Positions 1-10,348 of a DNA stretch of 64,000 nt are shown piece by piece. A program made the position numbers and the translations under genes. The stretch comes from a virus. Location of the stretch: the IMG/VR virus record IMGVR_UViG_3300049491_000350, positions 18,751 through 82,750 of that record. One strand, 5' to 3'. Position 1 is the stretch's first letter; the number at the start of each line of letters is the position of its first letter. Under the pieces are notes generated by a model that was given only the letters and a program-made list of their open reading frames with translations, searched no databases and was not told the DNA's origin.

Positions 1-2016
1 GCTACTCAAAAGATAGAATTAATGGGTGGCAAATGGAATGATGTTCCATATATATTTGAGACCCCATCAGTACCAACTGACGAAAAGAAAATATACAACT
101 TCGACAAGAAACGGAAAGACCAGATATGGTCTATCCCTGACGACATAAAAAGATTCAGGGAGATGTCTGTCGGGGAGAAGAAATTATTTGTTGAGCAGGA
201 GAGGGAGAGATGGATAAATGGATTCTGGTTATTCATTGACGGAGAGCCTACCTACATAACAGGTATGCACTATGACCATCTGGTGTACCAGACGTTTGAA
301 TTTGGCAAGGCTGATTATCTTGATAGCCAGAGGCACGATTTCTATTTCAGGGATTATTGCAGGAGGGATAAATATTCATACGGTGAGTTATGGATGAAGC
401 CGAGGCGTTACGGGATGACTGCGGAGGAGATAACCGAGAATCAATATATAGCACTATCTGCGGAGAACATGCAGGTTGGGCTTGTGTCTAATGAAAACAA
501 AAAGACAATTGATTCTATTTTCAGACCAATCGTTGATTCGTACATCAAGCGGCCTAAGTATATCAGGGCAAGGATATACATGCCTAATGGCAAGAAGCCC
601 AGAAAGGAAATGTTGTTTCAGGGGAACGTGATTAAAAACTACGATTCCGATGACCTGTACATGGATACAAATGGCGACCTTAATGGATGGATAATACCGA
701 AGGCTACCACAGTTACAGCGTTTGATGCGATGAAACTGCATAAGCTAACTGCTGATGAAGTTTGGAAATGGATTATATGTAACCCAGAGGAGTTCTGGGG
801 CGCACACAAGAAGTGCCTTGAAGATGGTGGGCGCATCATAGGCAAAGCATCTTTCCTGTCAACAATGGGCGATAGCGATGACTACGCTGATGCTATTGAG
901 GCAGGTGTACGCATGTGGCACGGCAGCGACCCGTCAGAAAGGGATGCCAACGGAAGGACAAAGACTGGATTGTACAGGTACTTTATTGATGCTATATATT
1001 CCCTCCGGGAGTTCAAGAATGAATTTGGCAAAATAAATATTGACCAAGCTGAAACATTCCTTGAGAATGAGTTTGCTAAACTCGACCCTAACAGCAAAGA
1101 GTATGTGTTTGAGAAAAGGCGTATGCCGAGGAAGCCTGATGACGCTTTGATGGGCGCAGATGTTTCAAAAATATTTGACAACCCACGCATACCAAAAAGG
1201 CTTGAGATTATAAAGAAGTTATCGCCTGCTGATAAGCCTTATGTATTTGGCAATTGCAACGAATTGAATAATGGCAGGGTAGAATGGGAGCCGACCCCAA
1301 AGGGTATTTGGAAAATGGCTACACTTCCAATGATGGACGCTGTTAGGAAAATAGATGCCAGCAACAGGTATAAAAAAATAGGTGAGCTATTCTTCAAGCC
1401 AGTTAACCCGGAAGGCTGTGGCGGATACGATTCAATAAACTTTGCTGACGTTGATACAACCTCTGGCAACAAGTCAAGGGCTGCTGCAATATTCAGGCAG
1501 AAGTTTGATTACTATGGAAATGGAGGAGCTAACAGGTATGTATCATTAATGGTGCAACGTCCTGATGAGCCAGACGATGCTCATTACGAAGTAATAAAAA
1601 TGTGCAGGTTTTTGGGATACCCTGTAATGATAGACCGTGCTGCATTGACTGGAATCAAAAAGAAGTTCAAGGAGCATGGCATGGGCGACTTTCTTATGAA
1701 GAACCCGAAGGATGGAATCATGGGCATGTGGGCGGACAACCAAAAGCGTTTCACTAAGGATGGTGTAAATAAAGTGTACGGGTACTTTAAGAACCCACAA
1801 AGCGAACATGACTTTGATGCGATAGAAGAACAGCCTTTTGAAGAACTGTTTGAAGATATGATTCCATTTAAAATACACAAGACAACAAAGTTTGACGTTG
1901 CTATGGCCGACATATTGCTTGAGTATGGAATGGAGCAGATAATAGAAACATCGCTTCGTGATTCTGCCGCAAGCGGCATTTATAAAAACAACCCTTTGTT
2001 TGGCAAGCGGAATTAA
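1..2016 (+). CDS. terL: Terminase large subunit (5'-truncated by the window edge)
   Basis: Frame is open from base 1. Walker A-like KPRRYGMT, Walker B-like ADEVWKW, C-terminal RNase H-like GGYDS; lies upstream of the portal gene. Confidence 0.85.
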   Translation, partial: ATQKIELMGGKWNDVPYIFETPSVPTDEKKIYNFDKKRKDQIWSIPDDIKRFREMSVGEKKLFVEQERERWINGFWLFIDGEPTYITGMHYDHLVYQTFEFGKADYLDSQRHDFYFRDYCRRDKYSYGELWMKPRRYGMTAEEITENQYIALSAENMQVGLVSNENKKTIDSIFRPIVDSYIKRPKYIRARIYMPNGKKPRKEMLFQGNVIKNYDSDDLYMDTNGDLNGWIIPKATTVTAFDAMKLHKLTADEVWKWIICNPEEFWGAHKKCLEDGGRIIGKASFLSTMGDSDDYADAIEAGVRMWHGSDPSERDANGRTKTGLYRYFIDAIYSLREFKNEFGKINIDQAETFLENEFAKLDPNSKEYVFEKRRMPRKPDDALMGADVSKIFDNPRIPKRLEIIKKLSPADKPYVFGNCNELNNGRVEWEPTPKGIWKMATLPMMDAVRKIDASNRYKKIGELFFKPVNPEGCGGYDSINFADVDTTSGNKSRAAAIFRQKFDYYGNGGANRYVSLMVQRPDEPDDAHYEVIKMCRFLGYPVMIDRAALTGIKKKFKEHGMGDFLMKNPKDGIMGMWADNQKRFTKDGVNKVYGYFKNPQSEHDFDAIEEQPFEELFEDMIPFKIHKTTKFDVAMADILLEYGMEQIIETSLRDSAASGIYKNNPLFGKRN

Positions 2017-2047
2017 AATATTTTAATAATCATAAAAAACAAAAACA

Positions 2048-2335
2048 ATGGCAAAGAACAAGAAAAAGATTTTAACTCCTTATGGAGACAGAGTATTGAT
2101 AATACCAGAGGACAAGCTGGTTAAAACAGCAGGTGGTATTTATATACCAGAAACAGTTGTGCAGAAGCCAAGCACAGGGAAGGTGTTTAAGATTGGCGAA
2201 GATGTAAGCAAGACTAAGGTTGGCGACAATGTTATGTTTGGCAAAGAGGCTGGCATTGCTATGGAAGTGGACGGTGCAAAATATTTACTCATGCGTGAGG
2301 GCGAAATATTTATGAAGTATGAAGAAGAAGCATGA
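2048..2335 (+). CDS. groES: Co-chaperonin GroES (Cpn10)
   Basis: LTPYGDRVLI...KTAGGIYIP...GKVFKIG...KVGDNVMF...YLLMREGEI, the canonical Cpn10 pattern; 95 aa. Confidence 0.93.
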   Translation: MAKNKKKILTPYGDRVLIIPEDKLVKTAGGIYIPETVVQKPSTGKVFKIGEDVSKTKVGDNVMFGKEAGIAMEVDGAKYLLMREGEIFMKYEEEA

Positions 2336-3047
2336 AATGAATCCGGGCAAGATACTTGTCAGGATTAACAAGAAGGAGAAGTCCGCAATGTTTGAAAAAG
2401 AGATACACTGCGATGATGGCACTACTGTAAATCTCATCACCAGTATTGAGGCTTCTGAAAACTCCGAAGCTCAATACACCCAATCAATACACGCAGGCGA
2501 TGTGATTGCTGTTGCGGGAGATATTGACTGGATAAAGGTGGGAGACAGGGCTATGCTTGATTACATTGCCGATGTTGATGGAGATGTGGTGGCTTACAAA
2601 GACATCAACAAGGATAAGTATATCTGCATAGAAGTAAATGCAAAGTATCACGACAGCGACTTCCTTATACCTGCTGACAGGAACAGGAGCTATGACAAAT
2701 ACCTATTCAAAAAAGGAGACCTTGATACATCTTCTATGCTTATTGCCATAATGAGAGACGGCGTGTTGATTCCGAATTTCCCATACGTTATCTTAGCGTA
2801 CAGGAATTTAAAGTCAATCGTATCGCAAGCTGGCATTATGACAATAGAAGTGGAGGAGACGGTGATAGAGAGGGTTGTAATAGCAACACATTCAAGAAGC
2901 AGGTTGAAGGTAGGAGACCATGTTATAATTGAGGCAGAGAGTATGTTTGACAGAAAAACTGATGGCAAGATGGTGTCTGTTGTGTTTGAGCATGATGTGC
3001 TGGCAACCGTTGTAACAGAAGTAAATCTGATTGAAACACTGGATTAA
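2319..3047 (+). CDS. Divergent tandem GroES-like (double Cpn10 domain) protein
   Basis: Two GroES-like units: PGKILVRI...GDVIAVAG..WIKVGDRAML and PNFPYVIL...SQAGIM...LKVGDHVII...VFEHDVLA. Confidence 0.6.
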   Translation: MKKKHEMNPGKILVRINKKEKSAMFEKEIHCDDGTTVNLITSIEASENSEAQYTQSIHAGDVIAVAGDIDWIKVGDRAMLDYIADVDGDVVAYKDINKDKYICIEVNAKYHDSDFLIPADRNRSYDKYLFKKGDLDTSSMLIAIMRDGVLIPNFPYVILAYRNLKSIVSQAGIMTIEVEETVIERVVIATHSRSRLKVGDHVIIEAESMFDRKTDGKMVSVVFEHDVLATVVTEVNLIETLD

Positions 3048-3069
3048 AGCATGAGCGGTTAGTAGCCCC

Positions 3070-3116
3070 AGCCAGTCGTAAAAGCCATTAAAGCTGATGC
3101 GGCTGGCTTTTTGTTT
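3070..3116 (+). terminator. Probable intrinsic terminator
   Basis: agccagtcgta / tgcggctggct stem followed by a T-tract, after the GroES-like gene. Confidence 0.55.
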
Positions 3117-3151
3117 AAAATATTTTATATTTTCGTACCAAACTTTTTTAT

Positions 3152-5608
3152 ATGGCACAAGAAACCCTCGGTAAAAACTCAAGGTATTTATATTGGGATA
3201 CGTTGCACTTTATTGCTAACAGGCAGAAGGATAAACGTTGGATGGCAGAATGTATCCTGTTTGCTAAACACAACTCCTCTTTCCTTGTTGACCCTGTGGA
3301 GGCCGAGAAGAAAAGGAAGATTAACATTGGTAAGCTGGATGCGGATGCCTATAAAAAAATAATTGACCCGGTTATGCCAGACGGGAGCGGAGGAACGGCA
3401 GAATACTTTGCTGCTGATTTTGAAAAGGCTAATCCCATCTTTGTCCATCTGGATAATATACTGGAAGCACGGATGGAGAAAATACCTTTAAGTATATATG
3501 TTAAAGCTGCCGATGAAAAGTCGAAGCATAAAATGCAGAAAGAGAACGATAAGATTCTCACGAAGAAATACTTTACGATGTTCGTAAATGAAATGAATGC
3601 CAAGATAGGTATTCCGCAGCTTGGCAAGGGGCAAGACCCATACAAGTATGTAAACCAAATGAAGGGCGGAGGAAAAGGCAATATGCCTATTACAATGCTT
3701 GACAGCATTAAATATGCCATCAATGATAACGAGGATTTAGCATTATTCAATGAGTACATCTATAAAGACGGCGTGGAGATTGCGATGGAGCTTGGCATTG
3801 ATTACTACATGAATCAAAACAGCTATCCAAGAATATATGAAAAAGGAGTGATTGACATTAAAAACTTTAATGTTGGGCTATGCAGGTACTACACATCTAA
3901 AACTACTGGAAGGCCAGTTATAGAATACCTTGACCCGGCTACTGTAAGGACTTCCCCGTTCTCTAAAAAAGATTTATCTGATATTGTGTACTGGTTCATA
4001 GAGTACGATGTAACCTTTGGTGATTTTGTAAGAATGTTTGGAGCTAAAATAAAAGAAGATTGCGAAGCCACCAATCAGCAATATGACGAAGTGTTGAAAG
4101 ATATATTTGACATGAACAGGATGCACAATGGCGTACTTGGTTTAAGGTGGGATACAGCAAGCAACAGTGAGCGCAGCAATTCAAAAATAAGGATAGGGTA
4201 CATAGAGACAGAGACGCAGGACATGGAAGTGTATTCTGACAGGGAAGTGCGTGGCAATAGCAGATACAGGAAAGAGGCAATTGATTATAAGGTTAGCAAG
4301 GATTCCCGTAAGCGTTATGGTACTAAGAGGGAGGAATCTTATTACAACTGCTGGTACAGGGCTTATTACATACCATTGAACTCCGGGGCAAATGCTGTTC
4401 AAACAAGCGACTTTGATTTACAGGCTAAATATGTTTTTGATTTCGGGAAGGTGCAAGACCAGCAAAGGGAAGGCGATGATTACAGGTATTCAAAATGCAC
4501 ACTTGTAGGATGGAAGTCTGACAGGATGAGCTTCTTGGACATAATGGATTCCTACCTTCCAAAAATAAACCTTCTTTGGTTTCACTTCCAGAACAACATC
4601 GCTAATGCGATGCCGCATGGCGCAACGTTTGCAGACGAGATGATTAACCTGATGATGCAGGCAACTGACGATGCTAACAAGAATGGGAAGGATGGGAAGT
4701 TTGAAACATTGAGGAGGTTAAAACAAACTGGATACGCCATATCAAAAATGTTTAATGATGATGGCAAACTGATTAACGATGGCAAGCCTTTCGTTGAAGT
4801 TAAAACAGGCCATCTGGCATCTGCGGCGGAGAACCTTATGCTGATGCAGCAGTTGTATAACATGACCACACAATCGCTTGCTATGAGCGATATATCAGAA
4901 GGGTTATCACCGAAGCCCAGAGTATCGCTGGGCGCATTGCAATTATCCAACAATGCTTCTTATAATGGTTCATTCTTTGTAGAGAAAGGATGCACAGCTT
5001 TAACCGTTGGCGTACAGGAGAGGCTCATGTATTACATCAAAGAGATTATAGACGAGGGCGATTTCCGTGCAGAGGACTTCACAAACATTGTTGGTTTGGC
5101 AAACTCTCTGGCGATGGAATCAGTTAAAGATATTCCTCTGCATGAGCTTGCGCTCCTGACGTACTCTATACCTACTGACGAAGAAAAGCAACGTGTTGTT
5201 ATGCTGGCAGAAAAACTGGCTTCTGCTGGGCTGCTTGACCCTAATGATGTGCTATTCATATCAAGGATAGATAACCTTAAATACGCAGAGGCTATTATGC
5301 GTATCCGTTATAAATCAAAATTGAGGGAGCAACAGGAAAGGGAAGCCATGCAGCATCAATACAAGATGGAGGAAAAGAATGCAGACCTGCAAATTGAACT
5401 GGCTAAAATTGACAAGAAGAACGAAGGGATGCTTGAGGTTCAACAACTCATCAAAGGCTTTGATGTCAGGATACAGCAGTTGATATTGCAGGCTAAAGAT
5501 GTTACCCAATCAAGGCACATTGAACAAAGGGGCAACAACAAAGAGCATGAGACAATTTTAAAGCATGAATTAGACAAGAAAAAGGAAGGTGAAAAATCTT
5601 TGGCGTAA
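3152..5608 (+). CDS. Portal protein
   Basis: 818 aa between terminase and scaffold/MCP; IEYLDPATV and coiled-coil C-terminus resemble crAss-like/P22-type portals. Confidence 0.75.
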   Translation: MAQETLGKNSRYLYWDTLHFIANRQKDKRWMAECILFAKHNSSFLVDPVEAEKKRKINIGKLDADAYKKIIDPVMPDGSGGTAEYFAADFEKANPIFVHLDNILEARMEKIPLSIYVKAADEKSKHKMQKENDKILTKKYFTMFVNEMNAKIGIPQLGKGQDPYKYVNQMKGGGKGNMPITMLDSIKYAINDNEDLALFNEYIYKDGVEIAMELGIDYYMNQNSYPRIYEKGVIDIKNFNVGLCRYYTSKTTGRPVIEYLDPATVRTSPFSKKDLSDIVYWFIEYDVTFGDFVRMFGAKIKEDCEATNQQYDEVLKDIFDMNRMHNGVLGLRWDTASNSERSNSKIRIGYIETETQDMEVYSDREVRGNSRYRKEAIDYKVSKDSRKRYGTKREESYYNCWYRAYYIPLNSGANAVQTSDFDLQAKYVFDFGKVQDQQREGDDYRYSKCTLVGWKSDRMSFLDIMDSYLPKINLLWFHFQNNIANAMPHGATFADEMINLMMQATDDANKNGKDGKFETLRRLKQTGYAISKMFNDDGKLINDGKPFVEVKTGHLASAAENLMLMQQLYNMTTQSLAMSDISEGLSPKPRVSLGALQLSNNASYNGSFFVEKGCTALTVGVQERLMYYIKEIIDEGDFRAEDFTNIVGLANSLAMESVKDIPLHELALLTYSIPTDEEKQRVVMLAEKLASAGLLDPNDVLFISRIDNLKYAEAIMRIRYKSKLREQQEREAMQHQYKMEEKNADLQIELAKIDKKNEGMLEVQQLIKGFDVRIQQLILQAKDVTQSRHIEQRGNNKEHETILKHELDKKKEGEKSLA

Positions 5609-5668
5609 TCAATAATACGCCTATATTTGCAACCTGTACTTTTGTACAATATATTTTGTTTTAGATAA

Positions 5669-5692
5669 GCCCCGGATAACCTCTGGGGTTTA
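5669..5692. terminator. Bidirectional terminator between convergent genes
   Basis: gccccgga/tctggggt hairpin with A/T flanks between the portal and the convergent 5690 gene. Confidence 0.5.
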
Positions 5693-6292
5693 TTTATGTT
5701 TAAGGATGAACTGTTCGTGAGACATGAAATCAATATTCTCTGTTATCTTGTGCTTCCCTTCCTGTTCAAGTATGGTATCAAGATTAACAAACTCCGTTTT
5801 AATTTCTTTCCAGAGCTTCTCTCCTTCCTTTCTTTTATTTACGGCCTCTGTAATGCACCTGCCAATATCAAGTGTATCTTTTGAAGTTCCCATCTGCGGC
5901 ATGTTCATTACGGTGCTGTGGTATTCAAAGCACCGTACTATTGTTTTCCATCGCCAGTCTTTTTGATAGTCGAGAAACCATGATATTACTTGATTCGCTG
6001 CATCATCCTTCCCTTTAACGATATTGGCATACCGCTCTACTGACATACATGATAAACCAGCAATGGTTTGCATTATCTTGGTTTTGTTTTCAATCCTGTC
6101 TTTATGAATCTGTATCCATTCAGACCGTCTATCGTATGACAGTATTATGAATGCAAGGGCTACGTTCGGGTTATAGCCCTTGTCCTTTATGTTATAGAGC
6201 GGCTCTACATCTTCATACACGTTCATTAGCTCAAGCTCGTCAACCCAGCTTGATGAAAGCAATTTTATTTTGCTTATGATAAAGTCAATCAT
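5690..6292 (-). CDS. Hypothetical protein (200 aa, helical)
   Basis: ORF with normal composition; overlaps the upstream gene's stop (ATGA). Confidence 0.6.
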   Translation of the reverse strand: MIDFIISKIKLLSSSWVDELELMNVYEDVEPLYNIKDKGYNPNVALAFIILSYDRRSEWIQIHKDRIENKTKIMQTIAGLSCMSVERYANIVKGKDDAANQVISWFLDYQKDWRWKTIVRCFEYHSTVMNMPQMGTSKDTLDIGRCITEAVNKRKEGEKLWKEIKTEFVNLDTILEQEGKHKITENIDFMSHEQFILKHK

Positions 6293-6561
6293 TTTACAGC
6301 TTTCTTTTTTCTGGATGATATATTGCCGCCAGAGGCGGTTCTTTTTGTGGACAGGATTGATTTAGGGATAACAATTTCATTGCTTCCGCACTTCTGGCAA
6401 GGCAACCCTTGCAATGCAATTATCTTTGGGATACTAAGGCCTGTACGCACGGATACTTCGGCAGCTTTTGCCATCTCCGTTTCGCTAAGGCTAATGGATA
6501 GCTGGTTTGCTTTCCGTATGGCTATGTCGCCAATATAGTAAAGAATAGGGTTGCCCTTCAT
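6289..6561 (-). CDS. Hypothetical protein with CxxC motif
   Basis: ORF containing PCQKCG, basic C-terminus; coupled to the 5690 gene. Confidence 0.5.
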   Translation of the reverse strand: MKGNPILYYIGDIAIRKANQLSISLSETEMAKAAEVSVRTGLSIPKIIALQGLPCQKCGSNEIVIPKSILSTKRTASGGNISSRKKKAVK

Positions 6562-6665
6562 GTTATTATAAATGAAATCCTTTATAAATTTTATTGTACG
6601 AATATAGTCATTTGGGTTTTATTATTTTATTTTGGCTTCATAAAATATTTTAAAACGGAGAAACT

Positions 6666-7862
6666 ATGGACTTTTTAAATCAAGACAAGCTGGATGAGCA
6701 GGATAAATTGCCTGATGACCAGCACCAACAGCAGCCTCCTGACGGTGAAGAAAAGCCTGATGGTGAAGAAAAACCAGATGGCGAAGAAAAGCCTGACGGT
6801 GAAGAAAAACCAGATGGCGAAGAAAAGCCTGACGGCGAACAGAAACCTGACGGCGAACAAAAGCCTGACGGTGAGCAGAAGCCTGACGGCGAACAAAAGC
6901 CTGATGGTGAGCAGAAGCCCGGCGATGATAAGGATAAGAAGGACGATGTGCCAGTAGATGAAAAAGCTGCCGAAGCGAAACTGCTTAAAAAATTAGGCGT
7001 ATCCTCAATTGAGGAGTTGCGGCAAAAAATCAACCCGGAAACAGAGGAGCAGAAAAAAGAGCGTACAGAAAATTTCGTGGCTGCGGTAAACAAATACGCT
7101 GTTGAGAAAAAATATTTTACAAACGAGCAATTGGCTACTCTTGCAAACCTTAAAAAGGTTGCGCCAGAGCAACAGGTATATAATGACTTTGCTGAAAAGT
7201 TCAAAGCAAAGCATAAAGACAGGCAAGATGAACTTCAACAGCCTAAGCCAGTTACAGAAGAAGAAGTAAAGGCTGCATTCAATTCTACATTCCACATAGA
7301 TTCTGACGATGCGGAATTAAAAGAGTTAGGCCAAGAGATGATTAAAACGAAGGCTAAGAAAATCTCTGGCGGCTTGGAGGAAAAGTTCAATGAGGTAGAG
7401 AATGAATTTAAAGAGGTAACTTTTAAAAGGCAGAAATCACAACAATTCTTTTCATTCATTAAAGAATTTGTTAAGGATAAATTGCCCAAAGAATTTACCT
7501 ACGGCGAAAAGGATAATGCTCTTTCATATAAATTTGACGACAACAAAATCACTGCCAAAGACATGGAGAATTTGGAGAAGCTGTTTGTCAATAATGATGA
7601 CTTCAATCAGTTTATTGAGGAAGGTGGAAGCCAAAAGCTGCTTTCATCTTTTGAAGATAAAATGAAGAAGTATTTGTACATCACACACCACGAAAGTATT
7701 GTGAACACTGTTGGCAACCTGCGGTACGAACAGGGGTTGAAAGCTGGAAAGGTAGGAGCAAAAGCTCCTTTCTCTAAAGACGGACAAAAAATTGAACCTC
7801 TGGAAGTTGAAGGTGAATTGACGGAAATCGAAAAGAAGGAATTGAAAGAATCATTAAGCTAA
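6666..7862 (+). CDS. Putative capsid scaffolding protein
   Basis: Acidic, low-complexity N-terminus and helical body; immediately upstream of the MCP. Confidence 0.6.
   Translation: MDFLNQDKLDEQDKLPDDQHQQQPPDGEEKPDGEEKPDGEEKPDGEEKPDGEEKPDGEQKPDGEQKPDGEQKPDGEQKPDGEQKPGDDKDKKDDVPVDEKAAEAKLLKKLGVSSIEELRQKINPETEEQKKERTENFVAAVNKYAVEKKYFTNEQLATLANLKKVAPEQQVYNDFAEKFKAKHKDRQDELQQPKPVTEEEVKAAFNSTFHIDSDDAELKELGQEMIKTKAKKISGGLEEKFNEVENEFKEVTFKRQKSQQFFSFIKEFVKDKLPKEFTYGEKDNALSYKFDDNKITAKDMENLEKLFVNNDDFNQFIEEGGSQKLLSSFEDKMKKYLYITHHESIVNTVGNLRYEQGLKAGKVGAKAPFSKDGQKIEPLEVEGELTEIEKKELKESLS
6738..6917 (+). repeat. 10 x 18-bp coding tandem repeat (PDGEEK x5, PDGEQK x5)
   Basis: Directly visible repeat units with synonymous variation. 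Confidence 0.95.
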
Positions 7863-7896
7863 AACAATTTTAAATCACAAAACTTATTTAAAAGTT

Positions 7897-9333
7897 ATGA
7901 ACGGAAGTCAATTCAAGTGCGGTAATTCTACCTTCTCTATTGACCAGTGTATAAATGGTCAAACACCGCTAACATATTATGATGCCCTTGCACAGGTAGG
8001 CTTACAGAGGAGCTTACGTGAAGGTACTGTGCTTTGCTATTGGGATACAGGCGTAGAAGGCTTGTTCTCTCAAATGGCTGCTGTATTGGGGCAGGACAAA
8101 AGGGTAGTAAAAGCAAACCCATTTTATTGGACGGAATCATGCAGTGATTTTGCTATTACTGTATGCGTAAAAAAATCAGAAGATGCTGTGCCAGACCCCG
8201 GCGATTCTGTAACTGTTTCACTTGATGATTCTTCAATGAGTGCAAATGGTAAAAATTCAATCCCTACTGGCGGATACCGTGCTTACATCAAAGAGCTTAA
8301 AGGTAAAGGCGTAAACATTCTTTCTGTTGATAAAACAGTAATGGGTGGCCATACCATACAGCTTGAGCCATTGAACGGAGAAGTGTTAGACCTTACTGCT
8401 CTTGATAAATATACATTGCTGGTAGATACGCTACGCATGTACAAAAAAGGCGACACTGAATGTATCGTTACAGAAGGCTTCGTGCAGAACCCACCAGCCC
8501 TGCGTAAAGGCTATGTGCAGAAATTTGAAAAAGGCTACTGCATACACGAAGATGAAATTGACGGGTACGCATACAACGTTGAGTTCCGGGTGAATAAAGG
8601 CATTGACCCACTAACCAAAAAGAAAGTGGATTACTGGCATGTTCCGCAGGTAACAAACAAACTGCTTACTGACTGGATTGACAGCCGCAACATCAATACA
8701 ATGTTTGGTGTGCGTGATGACGTTAAGCAGGAAGGGTTTGATGGTATGGTTACTACCGCAGAAGCACAGGGTATGTTCAGCCGCAACTATGACCCGGCAT
8801 CAGGCGTATCCCTTAAAGCTCACTTGATGGGCATGATTAAATCTATCAGGAAAACAAACGGTTGTACAGACATGATGTTCCTGCATGATTTCAATTGGGG
8901 TATGGACTGGTCAGAAGGCATCGCTCAAATGGTTAAAGATTACGGCCAGAACCTGAACTTCTCTTTGTTTGGTAATGGTGGCAAGGGAACGCAAAACTTT
9001 GAGTTCTTCCAGTTTAAGGACTTCAAAGCGTTTAACTATCAATTCAGGACATTCCAGATTGATATGTTTGACAACATGCGTTATGGCAACTTCCTTAGCG
9101 ACTTCGCTATTGTAATGCCTGCCTGTAAGTTCAAAGACACTAACGGCAAAGTAGTGCCTCCTGTAACTTATACAAACATCGCTGCCGCAGAAGAAGCCGC
9201 ACAGAAAAAAATATGGAGCTACAATGAAATGGAAAGGGGTTGCCGTGTGGTGAATGTATTCGCCAAAGATTCTTACGGCCTTGAAATTCACTGTGCTTCT
9301 AAGCTGGGTGTAATGAGGAAAGTGAAATGCTAA
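7897..9333 (+). CDS. Major capsid protein (crAss-like size and position)
   Basis: 478 aa after the scaffold-like gene; EGFDGMVTTAE resembles the HK97-fold 'GFDG' motif. Confidence 0.7.
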   Translation: MNGSQFKCGNSTFSIDQCINGQTPLTYYDALAQVGLQRSLREGTVLCYWDTGVEGLFSQMAAVLGQDKRVVKANPFYWTESCSDFAITVCVKKSEDAVPDPGDSVTVSLDDSSMSANGKNSIPTGGYRAYIKELKGKGVNILSVDKTVMGGHTIQLEPLNGEVLDLTALDKYTLLVDTLRMYKKGDTECIVTEGFVQNPPALRKGYVQKFEKGYCIHEDEIDGYAYNVEFRVNKGIDPLTKKKVDYWHVPQVTNKLLTDWIDSRNINTMFGVRDDVKQEGFDGMVTTAEAQGMFSRNYDPASGVSLKAHLMGMIKSIRKTNGCTDMMFLHDFNWGMDWSEGIAQMVKDYGQNLNFSLFGNGGKGTQNFEFFQFKDFKAFNYQFRTFQIDMFDNMRYGNFLSDFAIVMPACKFKDTNGKVVPPVTYTNIAAAEEAAQKKIWSYNEMERGCRVVNVFAKDSYGLEIHCASKLGVMRKVKC

Positions 9334-9376
9334 AATATTTTATTAATTAACGGAGAAATACAAAAGTTTAAAAATT

Positions 9377-10309
9377 ATGAGTAACAAATATTATTCAATC
9401 CTTGTAGGTGGCAAAAAGCCGCAAGAAGTGGAGGTCGGTTTTCTGGACAAGAACACCGGCCTTCCTAAAGGCAAAACAGATAAAGCGACAATCGCTATTG
9501 GTTCAGTGTCCATACCAAACTATTCAAGCGTATGGGCAAAGCTGGAAGAAAAGCAAGGCAAGCTGACTGGCGAAATAGAGTTTCTTACATGGGGTGCAGC
9601 AGGCGGAAGTGCCACAGAAATAAGGTACTTGCCCAATTGCAAATCATTAAGCAAACAATATCAGGAACAGGTTGCCAAGCTCAACCCCGGAGAGAACGAC
9701 ATGGAGATTATTTTGAAGATTGGTGTAAATGATTTTAACAGGGATACGCAAGGCGGCCTTATTAAGATGCTGGAACACCATTCTTTGAACAGCGACAACA
9801 GCAGCAGAGACCCTCTCAACGAAAACATTATTTTTAGTAACCATGACCCTAAAAGCAGGGTTGCTAAGAAAACAACTGAAATCAGCGAAAGGAACACGGC
9901 TACTGGTATTGTTCTCCTTGCTAAGGAAGATGCTCAAACCCTGTTGGTATTGGCTGAAATATTCGGCCTTGACCCTAAGCGTCAGAGCGGCGACTTAGAA
10001 GAAGAATTGTTGACAAGGGCTGATGAGAAATCTAAAACCTTTAACCTTGTATTATCAAATGCAAAATCTAAGGCAAGGCAATTGCTCGACAAAGCTGCAA
10101 GCTATAACCTGCTTGATGCTAAAACCGCACAAGGGGAGATTCATTATACAGACGGCAGCAAACGTGAGAAACTTTTTGTAGGTATTGACGAAGAAGCAAA
10201 AGATAAGTTTGCGTTTGTAGTTGACAGTTATCTATCTCCTGCAACATTCAATGCTTTTAAAATCCTTGACAAAAAGGTAAAGAGCTACGAAAAAGACAGG
10301 ATGGAGTAA
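9377..10309 (+). CDS. Putative virion/cargo protein downstream of MCP
   Basis: 310-aa ORF at the position of the conserved post-MCP gene of crAss-like phages (synteny only). Confidence 0.45.
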   Translation: MSNKYYSILVGGKKPQEVEVGFLDKNTGLPKGKTDKATIAIGSVSIPNYSSVWAKLEEKQGKLTGEIEFLTWGAAGGSATEIRYLPNCKSLSKQYQEQVAKLNPGENDMEIILKIGVNDFNRDTQGGLIKMLEHHSLNSDNSSRDPLNENIIFSNHDPKSRVAKKTTEISERNTATGIVLLAKEDAQTLLVLAEIFGLDPKRQSGDLEEELLTRADEKSKTFNLVLSNAKSKARQLLDKAASYNLLDAKTAQGEIHYTDGSKREKLFVGIDEEAKDKFAFVVDSYLSPATFNAFKILDKKVKSYEKDRME

Positions 10310-10348
10310 AACAATTTTATCTCACAACAATTTTAAATAGTTAAAGCA

